Origin: a virus
Lineage: Duplodnaviria > Caudoviricetes
Direction: 5' to 3' (one strand)
Virus record (IMG/VR): IMGVR_UViG_3300030330_005672
Coordinates: 1-38,126 of that record
Length of the DNA: 38,126 nt
The position numbers were made by a program, and so were the translations under genes. Shown here piece by piece: positions 24,926 to 35,176 of the stretch. The notes beneath the pieces were generated by a model, which was not told where the DNA came from, ran no database searches, and worked only from the letters and a program-made list of their open reading frames with translations. Each line of letters opens with the position of its first letter. Position 1 is the stretch's first letter.

Positions 24926-25963
24926 TCAGGTCTCCTGTGCTACGATCGCGATCGAGATCCCATGCATCACCCCACTCGACGGCGAGGTCATCTCGATTCC
25001 GAATAGCGTTCCCGCGCTGATCGTCAGGCTTGAAGGTGTAATTTTATGAGACTGCGGGGAATTGTTCGCGGTGCTCGTGATCGTTGCGCTGTTTGAATCA
25101 CTCGTAAGTTGATCTGTTTTCCAGTTCGCTTGAGAGGTCGTGAACAGATTAAATGTCGCGCTGTTATTCTGACTCCCTGAGTTTCTCACGCTCACGCTGA
25201 TCTGTTGGACCGTGAGATTTGTGGGAGCGTACCAGGGACCCGCGATTGGTTCGGGTTTCGCGGGGTTGAAGCCCGTCCTCATCACTGTTCCGTCGAGATC
25301 ATACCAGTGTGTGACGTGTGCGCTATACGTGAAAATGCGCTGTGATGGACCTGCGGCGCCGTCTGCTCCATCAGCGCCGTCTGCTCCGTTGGTCCCGTTC
25401 GTTCCGTTCGTTCCATCTGCGCCCTTTACAACTCCCGCGTTGATCGTGCTCCCATCGCTGAGAGTGATGATCAACTCACCCGCGCCGTTAACGGTCGCTG
25501 ATGTGATCCCATTATTGATCGTGAGGGTGTCTAGCGTGTTGGTGATCGTGTCAAATGCAGTGTACCAGTCTCGTGAACCGATCGCAGGGAGACGCAGAGA
25601 CCGCGCCGCGCTCTCGATCTGGAGCGTACAAAAGGCGCTCGCGGGTGCGATCTTTGGATCTATCTCAGAGGTTTCACCCGTGGCGGGGTTCGTAGCTACG
25701 ACAAACAGCCTCAGATCACCCCATGTACTGTTCACATGAAGGGTTGGATTCTGTGCAGTAGAGCTTGATAGACTCGCGGTCTGTCCTGTTCTTGGTAATA
25801 GAATCGACCACGCAAACGTGAAACTCGCGCTAGGGTTCGCAGAGTCAACAGCGCCACCAAACACGTTATAGGTCTGAGATTGGAGAGGTAAACTTTGCGT
25901 GATCGTCGCGTTAGGATTAGATACAGGGTTGTTTGTCCATCCCGCGTGAGCTGTAATTGTCAT
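24926..25963 (-). CDS. Tail fibre protein with collagen-like repeat
   Basis: G-X-Y run GADGTNGTNGTNGADGADGADGAAGP; S/T-rich beta domains. Confidence 0.7.
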   Translation of the reverse strand: MTITAHAGWTNNPVSNPNATITQSLPLQSQTYNVFGGAVDSANPSASFTFAWSILLPRTGQTASLSSSTAQNPTLHVNSTWGDLRLFVVATNPATGETSEIDPKIAPASAFCTLQIESAARSLRLPAIGSRDWYTAFDTITNTLDTLTINNGITSATVNGAGELIITLSDGSTINAGVVKGADGTNGTNGTNGADGADGADGAAGPSQRIFTYSAHVTHWYDLDGTVMRTGFNPAKPEPIAGPWYAPTNLTVQQISVSVRNSGSQNNSATFNLFTTSQANWKTDQLTSDSNSATITSTANNSPQSHKITPSSLTISAGTLFGIEMTSPSSGVMHGISIAIVAQET

Positions 25964-27429
25964 GAGGTCACCTGTTGAAGCGTCATCTGGATATCATAGA
26001 TAAATTTTAATTCACTCGATACGAGACTCGGCTCCATTCTAATAATAAACGGAATCGCGTAAGGTTGAACCACTGTTGTGCTAGGGGCCGTTGCAGGCGC
26101 TACGCTGTAGGATTGTTTAATAAGACTTCTTGTAGGCACAGGATCAGATGAGAGGGGTACATTACCAGAGGGTAAACCGTAAATGATCCCGTAATTGAAA
26201 CCTTTAGGCCGATTGTCTATTGTGGGCGTGTCAGTCATTGAATCAGGGCTACTCGGTGAAACTAACGGGATAATATTGTGAGATAAGAGTTTCCAAGATT
26301 TACCAGAGGCAGGCGCGGGGAGTGTAACCACTGGACGCCTTAGAGCTTTTTCAAAATCAGTGGCAGTTAGTGCGGTATCTCCAAGCGCTTGAGCCCCTGA
26401 CATAGTAGATCCATCTAAAATGAGACTTGTGCCTTGAGGCGCGTCGGTTCGCAAATGCACCGCGTTGGTAGACGTTGACCATGTAGCCTCAACCCTGATC
26501 AGTGCGTGAGTAACGCTCTCAAGATCAGTAGCGCGTACTTCTACTGCCTGAGTGTCTGTCTCTAGTTGCTCAATCCTGAGCTTGATCTCTTTAGTGCTCA
26601 AGGGAGGTGCGCTAAACCATTTAGCGGTCGCGCTCGGTGTGTAGAGCGTGTCAAGTTGGCCTAAATGCAGATTACGATACAAGGCGAGCTTGATCGCACT
26701 TAACAAACTCAAAAGCCCGTGACTTTTACTCTGTGTGCCTGACGATGTAATGAAATCATGTGAGTCTATATGTACAGGGCTCAAGCCTGCCTGTTGTAGC
26801 GCAATCGCCCGAACATCAGCATTATCAAGGGCGCTGATCGGTGTATGTGTGAGCGTGCCTGCGCTGTCAACAGAATACGTCAAGAGGGGCGCCCACTGTC
26901 CATCACCTGCGGTCGTGCTTTCTAAGGGTCTTGTCGTACCTGCTTTAAACACTACACGCTCTCTTAGTCGAGTAGTGGGCGAGTAGCTGACCTCTGACTG
27001 CGAGCTGATATCCCATCGTCTGCGCGCGCTCGCATCACTCGCTACTTGAACAGATCGAGCATAAAGTGTGTAGGTCGTGCCTACTGTGCGCGCGCTACTC
27101 ACATCGATAGGGTGGTTATTATGTCCAGATTTAGAGCTATCAAAACGGATCACTCTCGCTTCTGGTGAGAGACTGTTTCCGTTACTGTCTACGGGGGCGC
27201 CGCCTGTGGTAAACTCAACAAACGTGAATGAGGACAGTGTGATTTGACCGTTTCCATGATCATAAGTGACCTCTGGGCCGCTCAAGAGCCCTCCATCATA
27301 GGTGCTCAGATCAGATGCACCGAGGAGCGCGCCGAGTGCTCTCTGGTCATATTCATAGGCTAGATCTGTGAGTGCTTTAACGTCCTCAAGATCTGCGCGC
27401 TCAAGCGCTTCTAATTTAACTCTATCCAT
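25960..27429 (-). CDS. Tail fibre/baseplate-distal structural protein
   Basis: Follows baseplate J; short coiled coil; S/T-rich. Confidence 0.55.
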   Translation of the reverse strand: MDRVKLEALERADLEDVKALTDLAYEYDQRALGALLGASDLSTYDGGLLSGPEVTYDHGNGQITLSSFTFVEFTTGGAPVDSNGNSLSPEARVIRFDSSKSGHNNHPIDVSSARTVGTTYTLYARSVQVASDASARRRWDISSQSEVSYSPTTRLRERVVFKAGTTRPLESTTAGDGQWAPLLTYSVDSAGTLTHTPISALDNADVRAIALQQAGLSPVHIDSHDFITSSGTQSKSHGLLSLLSAIKLALYRNLHLGQLDTLYTPSATAKWFSAPPLSTKEIKLRIEQLETDTQAVEVRATDLESVTHALIRVEATWSTSTNAVHLRTDAPQGTSLILDGSTMSGAQALGDTALTATDFEKALRRPVVTLPAPASGKSWKLLSHNIIPLVSPSSPDSMTDTPTIDNRPKGFNYGIIYGLPSGNVPLSSDPVPTRSLIKQSYSVAPATAPSTTVVQPYAIPFIIRMEPSLVSSELKFIYDIQMTLQQVTS

Positions 27430-27432
27430 CGA

Positions 27433-28833
27433 TCAGGTCTCCTCTGGTGCGGGGATGATTTTGAGTGTACCGAGACGTACAACGCGATTCGACTGAGGAT
27501 AGAGATCTAGAAGCGGAATCGGTGCGGCGTCATCTCCTGTCTCGTGAGCATAGAGCGTGATATTTCTCACCCCATCAACCCCCATAATGATCTCTGTGAG
27601 CCTCGCGACAAATAGAGGTTCACCAATACGGTATACGCTCAACTCATCGATCAATCGAGCTTCTACACTCTGACTGAGTGCATTTAATTCAAAACCGTTC
27701 TCAGGGGTCAAGTGAATGTCAGCGTCAAGGCGCGTGACGATTGGAGGATAAACCCTCACGCGAGTACCTGCCGCTCTCCATCCTGCGTACTCGTTAGGGC
27801 GCGCGGGGTCTCCCTCAATGGTTCTCTGAATCTCTGCGATCGGACCTGTGAACACTTGATAAGCACCGAGGGTCCAAACCGCTGTATCAGGGATCGCGTC
27901 AGCGTCAAGGTAGATCACTCCGCGCTCTGGGATACTGACATATTTAAGGGGACTCACTGTGCGTGTGAGGCTCGTTGAGGGGTCAACGTAAGAGATCGTG
28001 AGCGTGTTAACCGCGGGTGCGTCATGATAGATCACAGTAGGCCCTTCAGCGGTCGCTGTGCCTGTGTATCTGTGACCTGTAGCGGTGCGTGTTCCGAGTG
28101 TACCTGATCCATCATCGACATACAGATAACTCATACCCGCAACGTTAGGATCTTCATAAAGGCTCGCGAGCGTGATTCGCTCGGTTCCTGAGTAGTTGAG
28201 CGCGGCAAACTCAAGCGCGGGGGGTTGTGATCTGGCGAGACTTTGAAGGTAGAGGAGCGCGCGCCGTTTCAGCTCACTGTCGCTCTCCTCCTCTTGTCCG
28301 TTAGTGAGCGCGGCGCTGTTGGTCACGCTCGTGATCTGAACAGGGGCATCGATAACCGTGTCGATCTTCTCCGCTCCGATGTTTCCCGCTCTCCCCTCCT
28401 CACTCGCTTCTACTGTGAGATCTTTACTCGTAGCCCCTGCGCTGATCGTGGACGCGGTGATCACTGAATAGAGAATGTCAGGAGCACTTGACGCGCTAAA
28501 GCTCGCGCCTTGAGAGATCCCAAGATCAGACGCTTGCGCGGGGATCGTGACGGTGATTGTACCGGTGGCTGTGGTCGCAGGTAGTCGCGTGATCGTGTTT
28601 GGTGGAAACTCCCCTAAACGCTCGTCTAACTCAGCCCCTGAAGCGTTACGGAAATCGAACGCATCACGAACGCCTTTGATCCTGCGCTCGGTAGATGACG
28701 CGAGGGCCGCTTGACTCTGAGCGATGACATCAATCACACTACCCTGAGCGGTGTCGTCTAGCTCTGATCTCGTGATCAGAGATCCGAGGAATATCCGAGC
28801 GAGTTCAGCTCTCTCTCTAGGTATATAGGCCAT
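27433..28833 (-). CDS. Baseplate J-like wedge protein
   Basis: ASGAELD, R.PAT.A.G, G..GNI, VTN..ALTNG.EEESD.EL..R. Confidence 0.9.
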   Translation of the reverse strand: MAYIPRERAELARIFLGSLITRSELDDTAQGSVIDVIAQSQAALASSTERRIKGVRDAFDFRNASGAELDERLGEFPPNTITRLPATTATGTITVTIPAQASDLGISQGASFSASSAPDILYSVITASTISAGATSKDLTVEASEEGRAGNIGAEKIDTVIDAPVQITSVTNSAALTNGQEEESDSELKRRALLYLQSLARSQPPALEFAALNYSGTERITLASLYEDPNVAGMSYLYVDDGSGTLGTRTATGHRYTGTATAEGPTVIYHDAPAVNTLTISYVDPSTSLTRTVSPLKYVSIPERGVIYLDADAIPDTAVWTLGAYQVFTGPIAEIQRTIEGDPARPNEYAGWRAAGTRVRVYPPIVTRLDADIHLTPENGFELNALSQSVEARLIDELSVYRIGEPLFVARLTEIIMGVDGVRNITLYAHETGDDAAPIPLLDLYPQSNRVVRLGTLKIIPAPEET

Positions 28834-30452
28834 TATATCGCTATCCTCTCGCTAAAGATCGCGCCTGCGATCGCTCTAAACTCAACAGAGGCGCTGAGAT
28901 GATCGCCTTTATCTTGTAATTCTATCACATTCACGCTCTCAAGTCTTGGGTCTCTGGTGAGCTGTTCTCGTATGTGCGCGCTGAGATATCCTGCGCTCTC
29001 TATCGTGACCCGTTCCCCGATCCTCTGAGGGAGTCCGTACCCATCGAGGATCGGTGTCTCGCTCTGCGTGGTCGTGAGCCGATGACGTGCGGCCTGTTCG
29101 ATGTTTCGCGCTCCTCTGATCAGCGTAAAATCACGCCCCTTCATCTCAAGATCTCCTGTTTTGGGATCGATCATCAAATCTTGACCGTATGGGGATCTCT
29201 GGTTGCGCGTGGGGTTCGTGGGCTGTGTATCGATCGCAGGGAGAAGGATCAAATCACCCTCTCGCGCGGGTAACCCTCGCTGATTATGTCGCTCACTCAA
29301 CCACCCATTTAAAAGTTGAAGCTCCACATACCGCTCAGGAGCGCGGAAGAGGCGAAAAGCGAGCACCCTCAAATCTTCACCGAGCCTGAGCCGGTAGGTG
29401 GTCACCTGCTCACGAGGTGGACGTGGTGCGCTCTGTGTCTGTTGAATGTTTGGTAAGAGAGGAGGCTCAATCGCTCGCGCGAGATCAGAGAGCAGGTACG
29501 GCGCAGTTGTCGCGGTGCTGTCTGCTTGAATCTGTGCCTCTTCAGCGAGTCCGAGAGTCGTGAGTAATAGATCCCATTCAGCGCCCATCTCATCGTCAAA
29601 AGTGACCACCTCATCAATCACGCTCGTGATCAATGATCTAATACGCCCTGATGTTTTACTTATCTGACGTATGATGTCATTGGGTATATCTGCGATCTCT
29701 GCGATAGCGTCCACGGTTCCGCGTGCGGCGTTGGTCAGTTGATCTAGCGATAAAAGGAGCGGTTGAAGTGATCTCCTTAAATAAGCGTTGGTTCCTTCTG
29801 TTATCAGTTGAGCGGCGGCGGTTGCATTCGCCGCGATCTGAATCGCGTTAGTGACCCCACTCAAGGCGCCCTCAATATCAAAGAGATGCGCGTCTTTTGG
29901 GGGCTCATCTGCACTATCATATGCGCTCAATTGAAGCGTCCACGCAGGCGCGAGGTTGTCACCGTCTGCGGATCGCTGAATCGTGAGCGCGTCCACCTCT
30001 ACTTTTAAATGAATATCCTCATCAAGTGCTCTAAAAATGAGCTGATGTTGATTGAGTCGTTTCTTTTCAGTGACTGTGTCAGGACCTTCTTTAGATGTCG
30101 TTTTTTGATAATCCTCTAAAAATTTCCTAAACGCGATCAGGATATCAGGGCCGAAAGCGCTGATCACCTTACCGTCTGCCGTGATCGAGGGTCGCGCGTC
30201 ATAGCCTGCGCTTCCAGAGAGTTCAATAGATCGGCTCTTATATCTCCCGATCTCTCTAATAGGATCATCGCCTAGGGTATAAATGATCTGTTTTGGTGCG
30301 CTCTGCTCGATCGTGAGCGCGCTCGGTGGAAGGGGGAGCGCCATTGATTGATAAAGTGATCCCGCCCTATGCCACTCGATCAGATAACGTGTATTGATCC
30401 GCGCGAGGCTCGCGAAAGCGCCAGAGAGGCTTATTCCTGAATTCGACGGCAT
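28833..30452 (-). CDS. Fused tube-initiator / LysM-like / gp25(W)-like baseplate protein
   Basis: YRLRLGEDLR.LA..L....Y.EL..LN (LysM-like); G.DL, I.G..NI.QA, YG, DPR (gp25-like). Confidence 0.65.
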   Translation of the reverse strand: MPSNSGISLSGAFASLARINTRYLIEWHRAGSLYQSMALPLPPSALTIEQSAPKQIIYTLGDDPIREIGRYKSRSIELSGSAGYDARPSITADGKVISAFGPDILIAFRKFLEDYQKTTSKEGPDTVTEKKRLNQHQLIFRALDEDIHLKVEVDALTIQRSADGDNLAPAWTLQLSAYDSADEPPKDAHLFDIEGALSGVTNAIQIAANATAAAQLITEGTNAYLRRSLQPLLLSLDQLTNAARGTVDAIAEIADIPNDIIRQISKTSGRIRSLITSVIDEVVTFDDEMGAEWDLLLTTLGLAEEAQIQADSTATTAPYLLSDLARAIEPPLLPNIQQTQSAPRPPREQVTTYRLRLGEDLRVLAFRLFRAPERYVELQLLNGWLSERHNQRGLPAREGDLILLPAIDTQPTNPTRNQRSPYGQDLMIDPKTGDLEMKGRDFTLIRGARNIEQAARHRLTTTQSETPILDGYGLPQRIGERVTIESAGYLSAHIREQLTRDPRLESVNVIELQDKGDHLSASVEFRAIAGAIFSERIAI

Positions 30453-30456
30453 AGCA

Positions 30457-31146
30457 TCACCTCTCTATGGTTGCGAGATCTGAGGATATTGTATCATTAG
30501 GGTCGGGGGTTGGCGATATTTGATCACTTGGTGTCGCTACATTATTTAGATTTGTAGGTGCTCCTAAGCTAAGGTCGATTGCAAGCGCTACCTTCATACT
30601 CTCAAAAGCAGTCTGGAGACTCTGCACAGCGGTCGTTAACTCGATGATCCGCGCTTGGTACTGTGTCAGGGTGTCGATCGTAGGCTCTGCGATCGCGAGA
30701 TGTTGTGCAGGTGTCGCGCCTGAGCTGATCTCAAGCAACCCTTGGATGCGCGTCCTAGGGGTCAAGTATAAGCTCTCGTCTCCTGCGATGATCCTGGCTC
30801 CTTTGCTTTTCAACTCGCTGTGATCAATCCCGATCTGATTGAGAGGGTACTCACCCGCGTTATCAAGCTCGATCACCTCAACATATTTCTGATCCTCTGC
30901 AAGCGCCCCGACAATATAGGGCGCCCCTCCACCTTGGGTGAGCGTGAGCACCTCCGCATCGATGGGAGGCGTGCTCATGCGATCTGTATCAGCGCCACCG
31001 AGAGAGATGATTGTACACCCTGAATAAATGACCCCTGACCCATCAACGAGGTCACATTCAGGAGTACCGTTCACGACATAGCGATCAATCACCTGCATGA
31101 TCCTCAAATACATGCGCTCTCGATTCACGAATGATTTAATGCCCAT
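30457..31146 (-). CDS. Baseplate spike (gpV/gp45-like)
   Basis: P.IDAEVL....GG.PYIVG OB-fold-like motif; synteny after hub. Confidence 0.55.
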   Translation of the reverse strand: MGIKSFVNRERMYLRIMQVIDRYVVNGTPECDLVDGSGVIYSGCTIISLGGADTDRMSTPPIDAEVLTLTQGGGAPYIVGALAEDQKYVEVIELDNAGEYPLNQIGIDHSELKSKGARIIAGDESLYLTPRTRIQGLLEISSGATPAQHLAIAEPTIDTLTQYQARIIELTTAVQSLQTAFESMKVALAIDLSLGAPTNLNNVATPSDQISPTPDPNDTISSDLATIER

Positions 31147-32557
31147 GTTCAGGTTCTCCTGTTCGATAGAATCCGCGAGTGAATGAGATAGTAGAGCGCT
31201 TCTCTATGATGCTGTTCTCGTACACTGTCGAGCGGTGCGTGATCGTCTCCACATAACAAATCAAATACTCGTGGGTGTGCGGTCCAGTGATCTCAAGCTT
31301 GATCCAGTGACCCGCGTTGATATCGAGCCTCTGGCGCGTTGTGGCTGTGCCGTTGATGTATCTATGTTGATCTCTGGCGATCTGATCAACGAGACTGATG
31401 ATATGTTGAATTTCACGGGTGAGTGATTCAGGTTTAGTATTACGCCCTACAGGGAGAAAAGGCCATTGACCCCTATAGAGCCTCAGACCTGCCCTTGAAA
31501 CGTCCTCCCGATCGATTGTAGGGCGCCCTAAGATCCCAAATGGGTCAACGCCGCGTGAGGCGTTGAGCGGAGTATCTACATAGACCCCGTTGATCCGATC
31601 CGCGCTCTTGACGCTGAATCCTACCCTGATGATCTCACTTGACGTGATCAAGGTCTTGACGTTGCGCGCGTGCTCTTGAACCTGCGGCGAATCAGGGTCC
31701 ACCTCTTGGCGCCTCGGATTTTTAAAAATGAACGGTTTTAGGCGGTACATGATCACTGGCGTTGAGCCGAGCGCGTTTGAGATTTCTCCTTTTGTGCTTT
31801 TAGGCTCAAGTGAAGGGAATAGTTCAATGATACTCGGATCAGCATCAAAGAGCGCTGTGAGCGCTGACCAAGGCGCCCCTGTGGGTCTGATGTGAGAAGC
31901 GTTGAGCGCTAACCCGAACACATGACGATAGAGATTAGATCTCAGAGGTGCGAATTGATCCGCTCTTTCTCGCGAAAAGATCACAGGGATCGCTTGGAGG
32001 GATTTGCCACTCGCGAGGGTTTTAGGGAGCCGATACGGTTTTGATAACGTGCTATAGAGAGTTCCAAGTACCCTACCTACATTAGTTTTGTTCCTAAAAG
32101 CGCTCGATATCGCGCTCTTGAGTAGTCTTCCATAACTGTTCACCTCGTAGATGTGGCCCCTTAGCTGTTCCTTCGCGGAGAGATAGAGCTGACTCTCTAC
32201 CAATGGCGCGATGAAGCTCTGCGCGGTGATCGAGATCAAGGGCGTTGAGATGATCCCTGCGCTTTCCTTGGCGCTGTCTGCCTCTACCCCATAGCTGACC
32301 GCTGTCAGGCGTCCGAGGAAGATCGCGCGCTGTACTCCCTCATGCTCAATATGATCAGAGATCACGATCCATGTATCAAGATCAATCGCGGCGGTCTCCT
32401 CGTAATGTGGGAGCACGTCACGGATCAGTTCAAGGGGCACTTTTACATCTACAGAGGCGTTTTGATAGGGCGCATAGAGCCCGATCTGGACTTGTACAGA
32501 GGTACAATATCCAGTGATGTCAAAGATCTCTTTATCGGTGTATAGTTTGATGTTCAT
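31136..32557 (-). CDS. Baseplate hub protein
   Basis: Directly after tape measure; DI.AG..I, YVE.ITH, TRG C-terminal pattern. Confidence 0.6.
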   Translation of the reverse strand: MNIKLYTDKEIFDITGYCTSVQVQIGLYAPYQNASVDVKVPLELIRDVLPHYEETAAIDLDTWIVISDHIEHEGVQRAIFLGRLTAVSYGVEADSAKESAGIISTPLISITAQSFIAPLVESQLYLSAKEQLRGHIYEVNSYGRLLKSAISSAFRNKTNVGRVLGTLYSTLSKPYRLPKTLASGKSLQAIPVIFSRERADQFAPLRSNLYRHVFGLALNASHIRPTGAPWSALTALFDADPSIIELFPSLEPKSTKGEISNALGSTPVIMYRLKPFIFKNPRRQEVDPDSPQVQEHARNVKTLITSSEIIRVGFSVKSADRINGVYVDTPLNASRGVDPFGILGRPTIDREDVSRAGLRLYRGQWPFLPVGRNTKPESLTREIQHIISLVDQIARDQHRYINGTATTRQRLDINAGHWIKLEITGPHTHEYLICYVETITHRSTVYENSIIEKRSTISFTRGFYRTGEPEHGH

Positions 32558-32559
32558 GG

Positions 32560-34077
32560 TTAATCTACTAGGTCAAGAAGCTTATCTATCGCTTTAGTAA
32601 CCAGATTTACAGCATCTGTCGTTGTTTTAGAGAGTTTAACTTGTGCATCTGTGACCTTAGTTAATAATTCGACATTCTCAGTCATGGCTAAGGTCGAGCG
32701 CTCCATTTCACCGCTCACTTTTATGATCTGTTTAAAGCTTGCTTCATCTTTGGGGTCATCTCGCAGAGATCTGATGGTCTTTCCTGTTTCCTCCGCTTGG
32801 GCTTTTGATAATGTTAACCCTTTTGTGATTTCATCTGCAGTGAGTCGGTCTTTCCCCTGTACTCTCCCTGCCCTTCCCGTAAGTAGACTTTTAGCGTCTC
32901 GTGTACCTATGCCGCTCACTGACCCAAGTACAGCCTGTGCGGTTCTGCCTGTTCCAAATATCTCTGAGATCACACCAATTACATTTTCAGGATCTTCTTG
33001 AAATTTTTCAGCCTCTTGCATCGCAGAGAAAATATCAGGAGACCTGCTCATAATATCTGCAAGCGTGCTCATCTGCGCGATCTCTTGAAGGGGTGCGGCG
33101 ATCTGGTTAAATGCGCCTTGTCCTACTCCTGAAAGCGCGTTCATGATTTGCATAGGTCTCTGACCTTTTCCAAATCGTCCAAGTCTCCCGCTTATGTCTG
33201 CCGTGGTTCTCGCTAGTGAGTCTTTTGAGGTACTGATTCCCCGCGCGGTGAGTCCTTCAACAAAACCGCCCATTTGACCAAGAAATCTATCAACCCCCGC
33301 CCCTCTAAGGTCAAGATTATTCTCTGCAATATTGCGAAGGGTCAAACTCTGATCCAGTGAATCCCCTACGCTTTGCCCTATGTTCTGAGTCAATGCACCC
33401 GCGAGGGCCGCGATACCTTGAGCGCTCACCCCTGTTCTCTCTGCGCCTGCGAGACGCTCAAGGCGCGCTGTTGAGAGATCTCCTTCTGTTGTCCTAAACC
33501 CTGCCGCGCCTGCGACCCCTAGCATAAACTGGCGCGTTTGAGTGGAATCAAGGCCAAATTTCTCAAGTGCTTTCGTCCTGCTCTCTCCTAGTGCCTTCGC
33601 GTCTCCTGTCTCAATCACCCCTCTCATCTCGGTCTCAAGCGCTTCTAAATTCATAATTTCACCGAGACGCGCCTCACGCGCCGCGATGGATCGACCGAGA
33701 GCCTTGACCACTTCACCTGCTGGCCCCATAAGACTACCAAATGCGCCAAATGCAACGGTTTTTCCTAAATTCGTCAGCATGTCTCCGAAGCGATTCGTGA
33801 GAGAACTCATAGTCTGAGGACTCGTCATCGCGTGAATGCTCGCCTTAGTCTCTGCCTCTAATGCGCGCCTAAAGGCCCCTACCTTGCGCTCTCTGCGCTG
33901 ATCTTCGTCTCTCTCCTCGCTCGGTGCTGTGCTCGGCGCACTCGGTACGGCATCAGGAGACATTTTCAGTCCTCCGAGACCGTCTGAGATTTGACTCACC
34001 AGTGACGCCATTTCACGGAGCGCTTGAAGCGCCTCGTTATCGTCAATTCTGACCTTGATTTCTGTCTCTTGGGCCAT
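32560..34077 (-). CDS. Tape measure protein
   Basis: A/G-rich helical protein after the chaperone genes. Confidence 0.75.
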   Translation of the reverse strand: MAQETEIKVRIDDNEALQALREMASLVSQISDGLGGLKMSPDAVPSAPSTAPSEERDEDQRRERKVGAFRRALEAETKASIHAMTSPQTMSSLTNRFGDMLTNLGKTVAFGAFGSLMGPAGEVVKALGRSIAAREARLGEIMNLEALETEMRGVIETGDAKALGESRTKALEKFGLDSTQTRQFMLGVAGAAGFRTTEGDLSTARLERLAGAERTGVSAQGIAALAGALTQNIGQSVGDSLDQSLTLRNIAENNLDLRGAGVDRFLGQMGGFVEGLTARGISTSKDSLARTTADISGRLGRFGKGQRPMQIMNALSGVGQGAFNQIAAPLQEIAQMSTLADIMSRSPDIFSAMQEAEKFQEDPENVIGVISEIFGTGRTAQAVLGSVSGIGTRDAKSLLTGRAGRVQGKDRLTADEITKGLTLSKAQAEETGKTIRSLRDDPKDEASFKQIIKVSGEMERSTLAMTENVELLTKVTDAQVKLSKTTTDAVNLVTKAIDKLLDLVD

Positions 34078-34079
34078 GA

Positions 34080-34358
34080 TCAGCCCTCCTTATAGAGTCT
34101 ACGCTCAAGCTCGTCGATCCAATCGATCCCTGTCTGAGCAGGTTGATTGTCATGGAGCTTCTGAGCATGTGCAGGGGCTAGATCCTGAAACGCCTGATCT
34201 TCAAGCGTTAAGAGGTCCCGCTCTAAGAGAAGCGCGGGATGGAGATTTGAGCGGTTAGGGTCGAGAGGACAGGGGTCAAGCTTCGGGAGCTGAGAAGCTC
34301 TGAATTTTGATCCTTGGTGTTTCCTCTTGAGTTTCGCCCTCTCCCATGTCTGATCGAA
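34080..34358 (-). CDS. Tail assembly chaperone extension (T-like), probably reached by frameshift
   Basis: Overlapping +1 frame ending TGIDWIDELERRL, between chaperone and TMP. Confidence 0.55.
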   Translation of the reverse strand, partial: FDQTWERAKLKRKHQGSKFRASQLPKLDPCPLDPNRSNLHPALLLERDLLTLEDQAFQDLAPAHAQKLHDNQPAQTGIDWIDELERRLYKEG

Positions 34359-34728
34359 AGAACGCGCGCTCATGAGCGCTCACCTCCTCAAATACAGCGA
34401 ACAAGAGAGGGTCGTATCTACCGATCCACTCATCCAACCACTCAGGGGGATCTAAGAGCGCCTGAGCGCATGTTGCAAGCGCGTAAATCCTGAGCTTGAC
34501 CATCGCGGGAAGATCATCATATTTCTCAGGGGCTGATAACTGTACAAGCGCGCGGTCTCGCTTCAGGCTCTGCTCAAGCGTCAGGATTCGCGTGGTGACC
34601 GTTGCGTTGAGTTCGCGATCTTGTAGCTCAAATGAGATATGGAGTACCTTCTCCTGATCTGTGATCTCTGGAGAAGGTGTGGTTTGTGGCCGCGCTTCTG
34701 CGCGCTCTCTGATCTCAGATAAGCTCAT
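34276..34728 (-). CDS. Tail assembly chaperone (G-like)
   Basis: Between tube and TMP; P.WL and AFFR motifs. Confidence 0.7.
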   Translation of the reverse strand: MSLSEIRERAEARPQTTPSPEITDQEKVLHISFELQDRELNATVTTRILTLEQSLKRDRALVQLSAPEKYDDLPAMVKLRIYALATCAQALLDPPEWLDEWIGRYDPLLFAVFEEVSAHERAFFRSDMGEGETQEETPRIKIQSFSAPEA

Positions 34729-34735
34729 GGTTCAC

Positions 34736-35164
34736 TCACTCGTTAGGGTAGACGATTTTTCTCACTTCAAAGCTCAGATTCTCGCTGAATAAGCTTGAAG
34801 AGTCTAGCCTAAAGTTTCTAGTCGTGGGTCGGCATCCCTCAAGGGTCAGGAGCGTGTCACCTGAGTTTTGATCAATCACGCTCATGTCAATGCCTCCCGC
34901 GTTGAGTACATCGTTCGTGCTCCCCTTCTGCCAAGCACCATTGTCCTCAAGTGCTTGTCGAGAGATGCGGATCGCGTCAACGCTCAGAGTAGCGGTGCGG
35001 CGTACAGGGATGATCTCTTGAGAGTCAAGCTCTCCGATCACGTCCACGCGCTGAGTTTGGATATTCTCAGAGACGTTGACGCCTGTAGCCCACCCGATCT
35101 CTTGACCTGTTGAGCTTAAAAATACTTTACAGCTCGCGCCGCTGATTCCTCTATATGCAGGCAT
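34736..35164 (-). CDS. Tail tube protein
   Basis: 142 aa after sheath; IG.A.G, V..IG...EI.P, LEGC pattern. Confidence 0.8.
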   Translation of the reverse strand: MPAYRGISGASCKVFLSSTGQEIGWATGVNVSENIQTQRVDVIGELDSQEIIPVRRTATLSVDAIRISRQALEDNGAWQKGSTNDVLNAGGIDMSVIDQNSGDTLLTLEGCRPTTRNFRLDSSSLFSENLSFEVRKIVYPNE

Positions 35165-35176
35165 GGTCTAGGCTCC

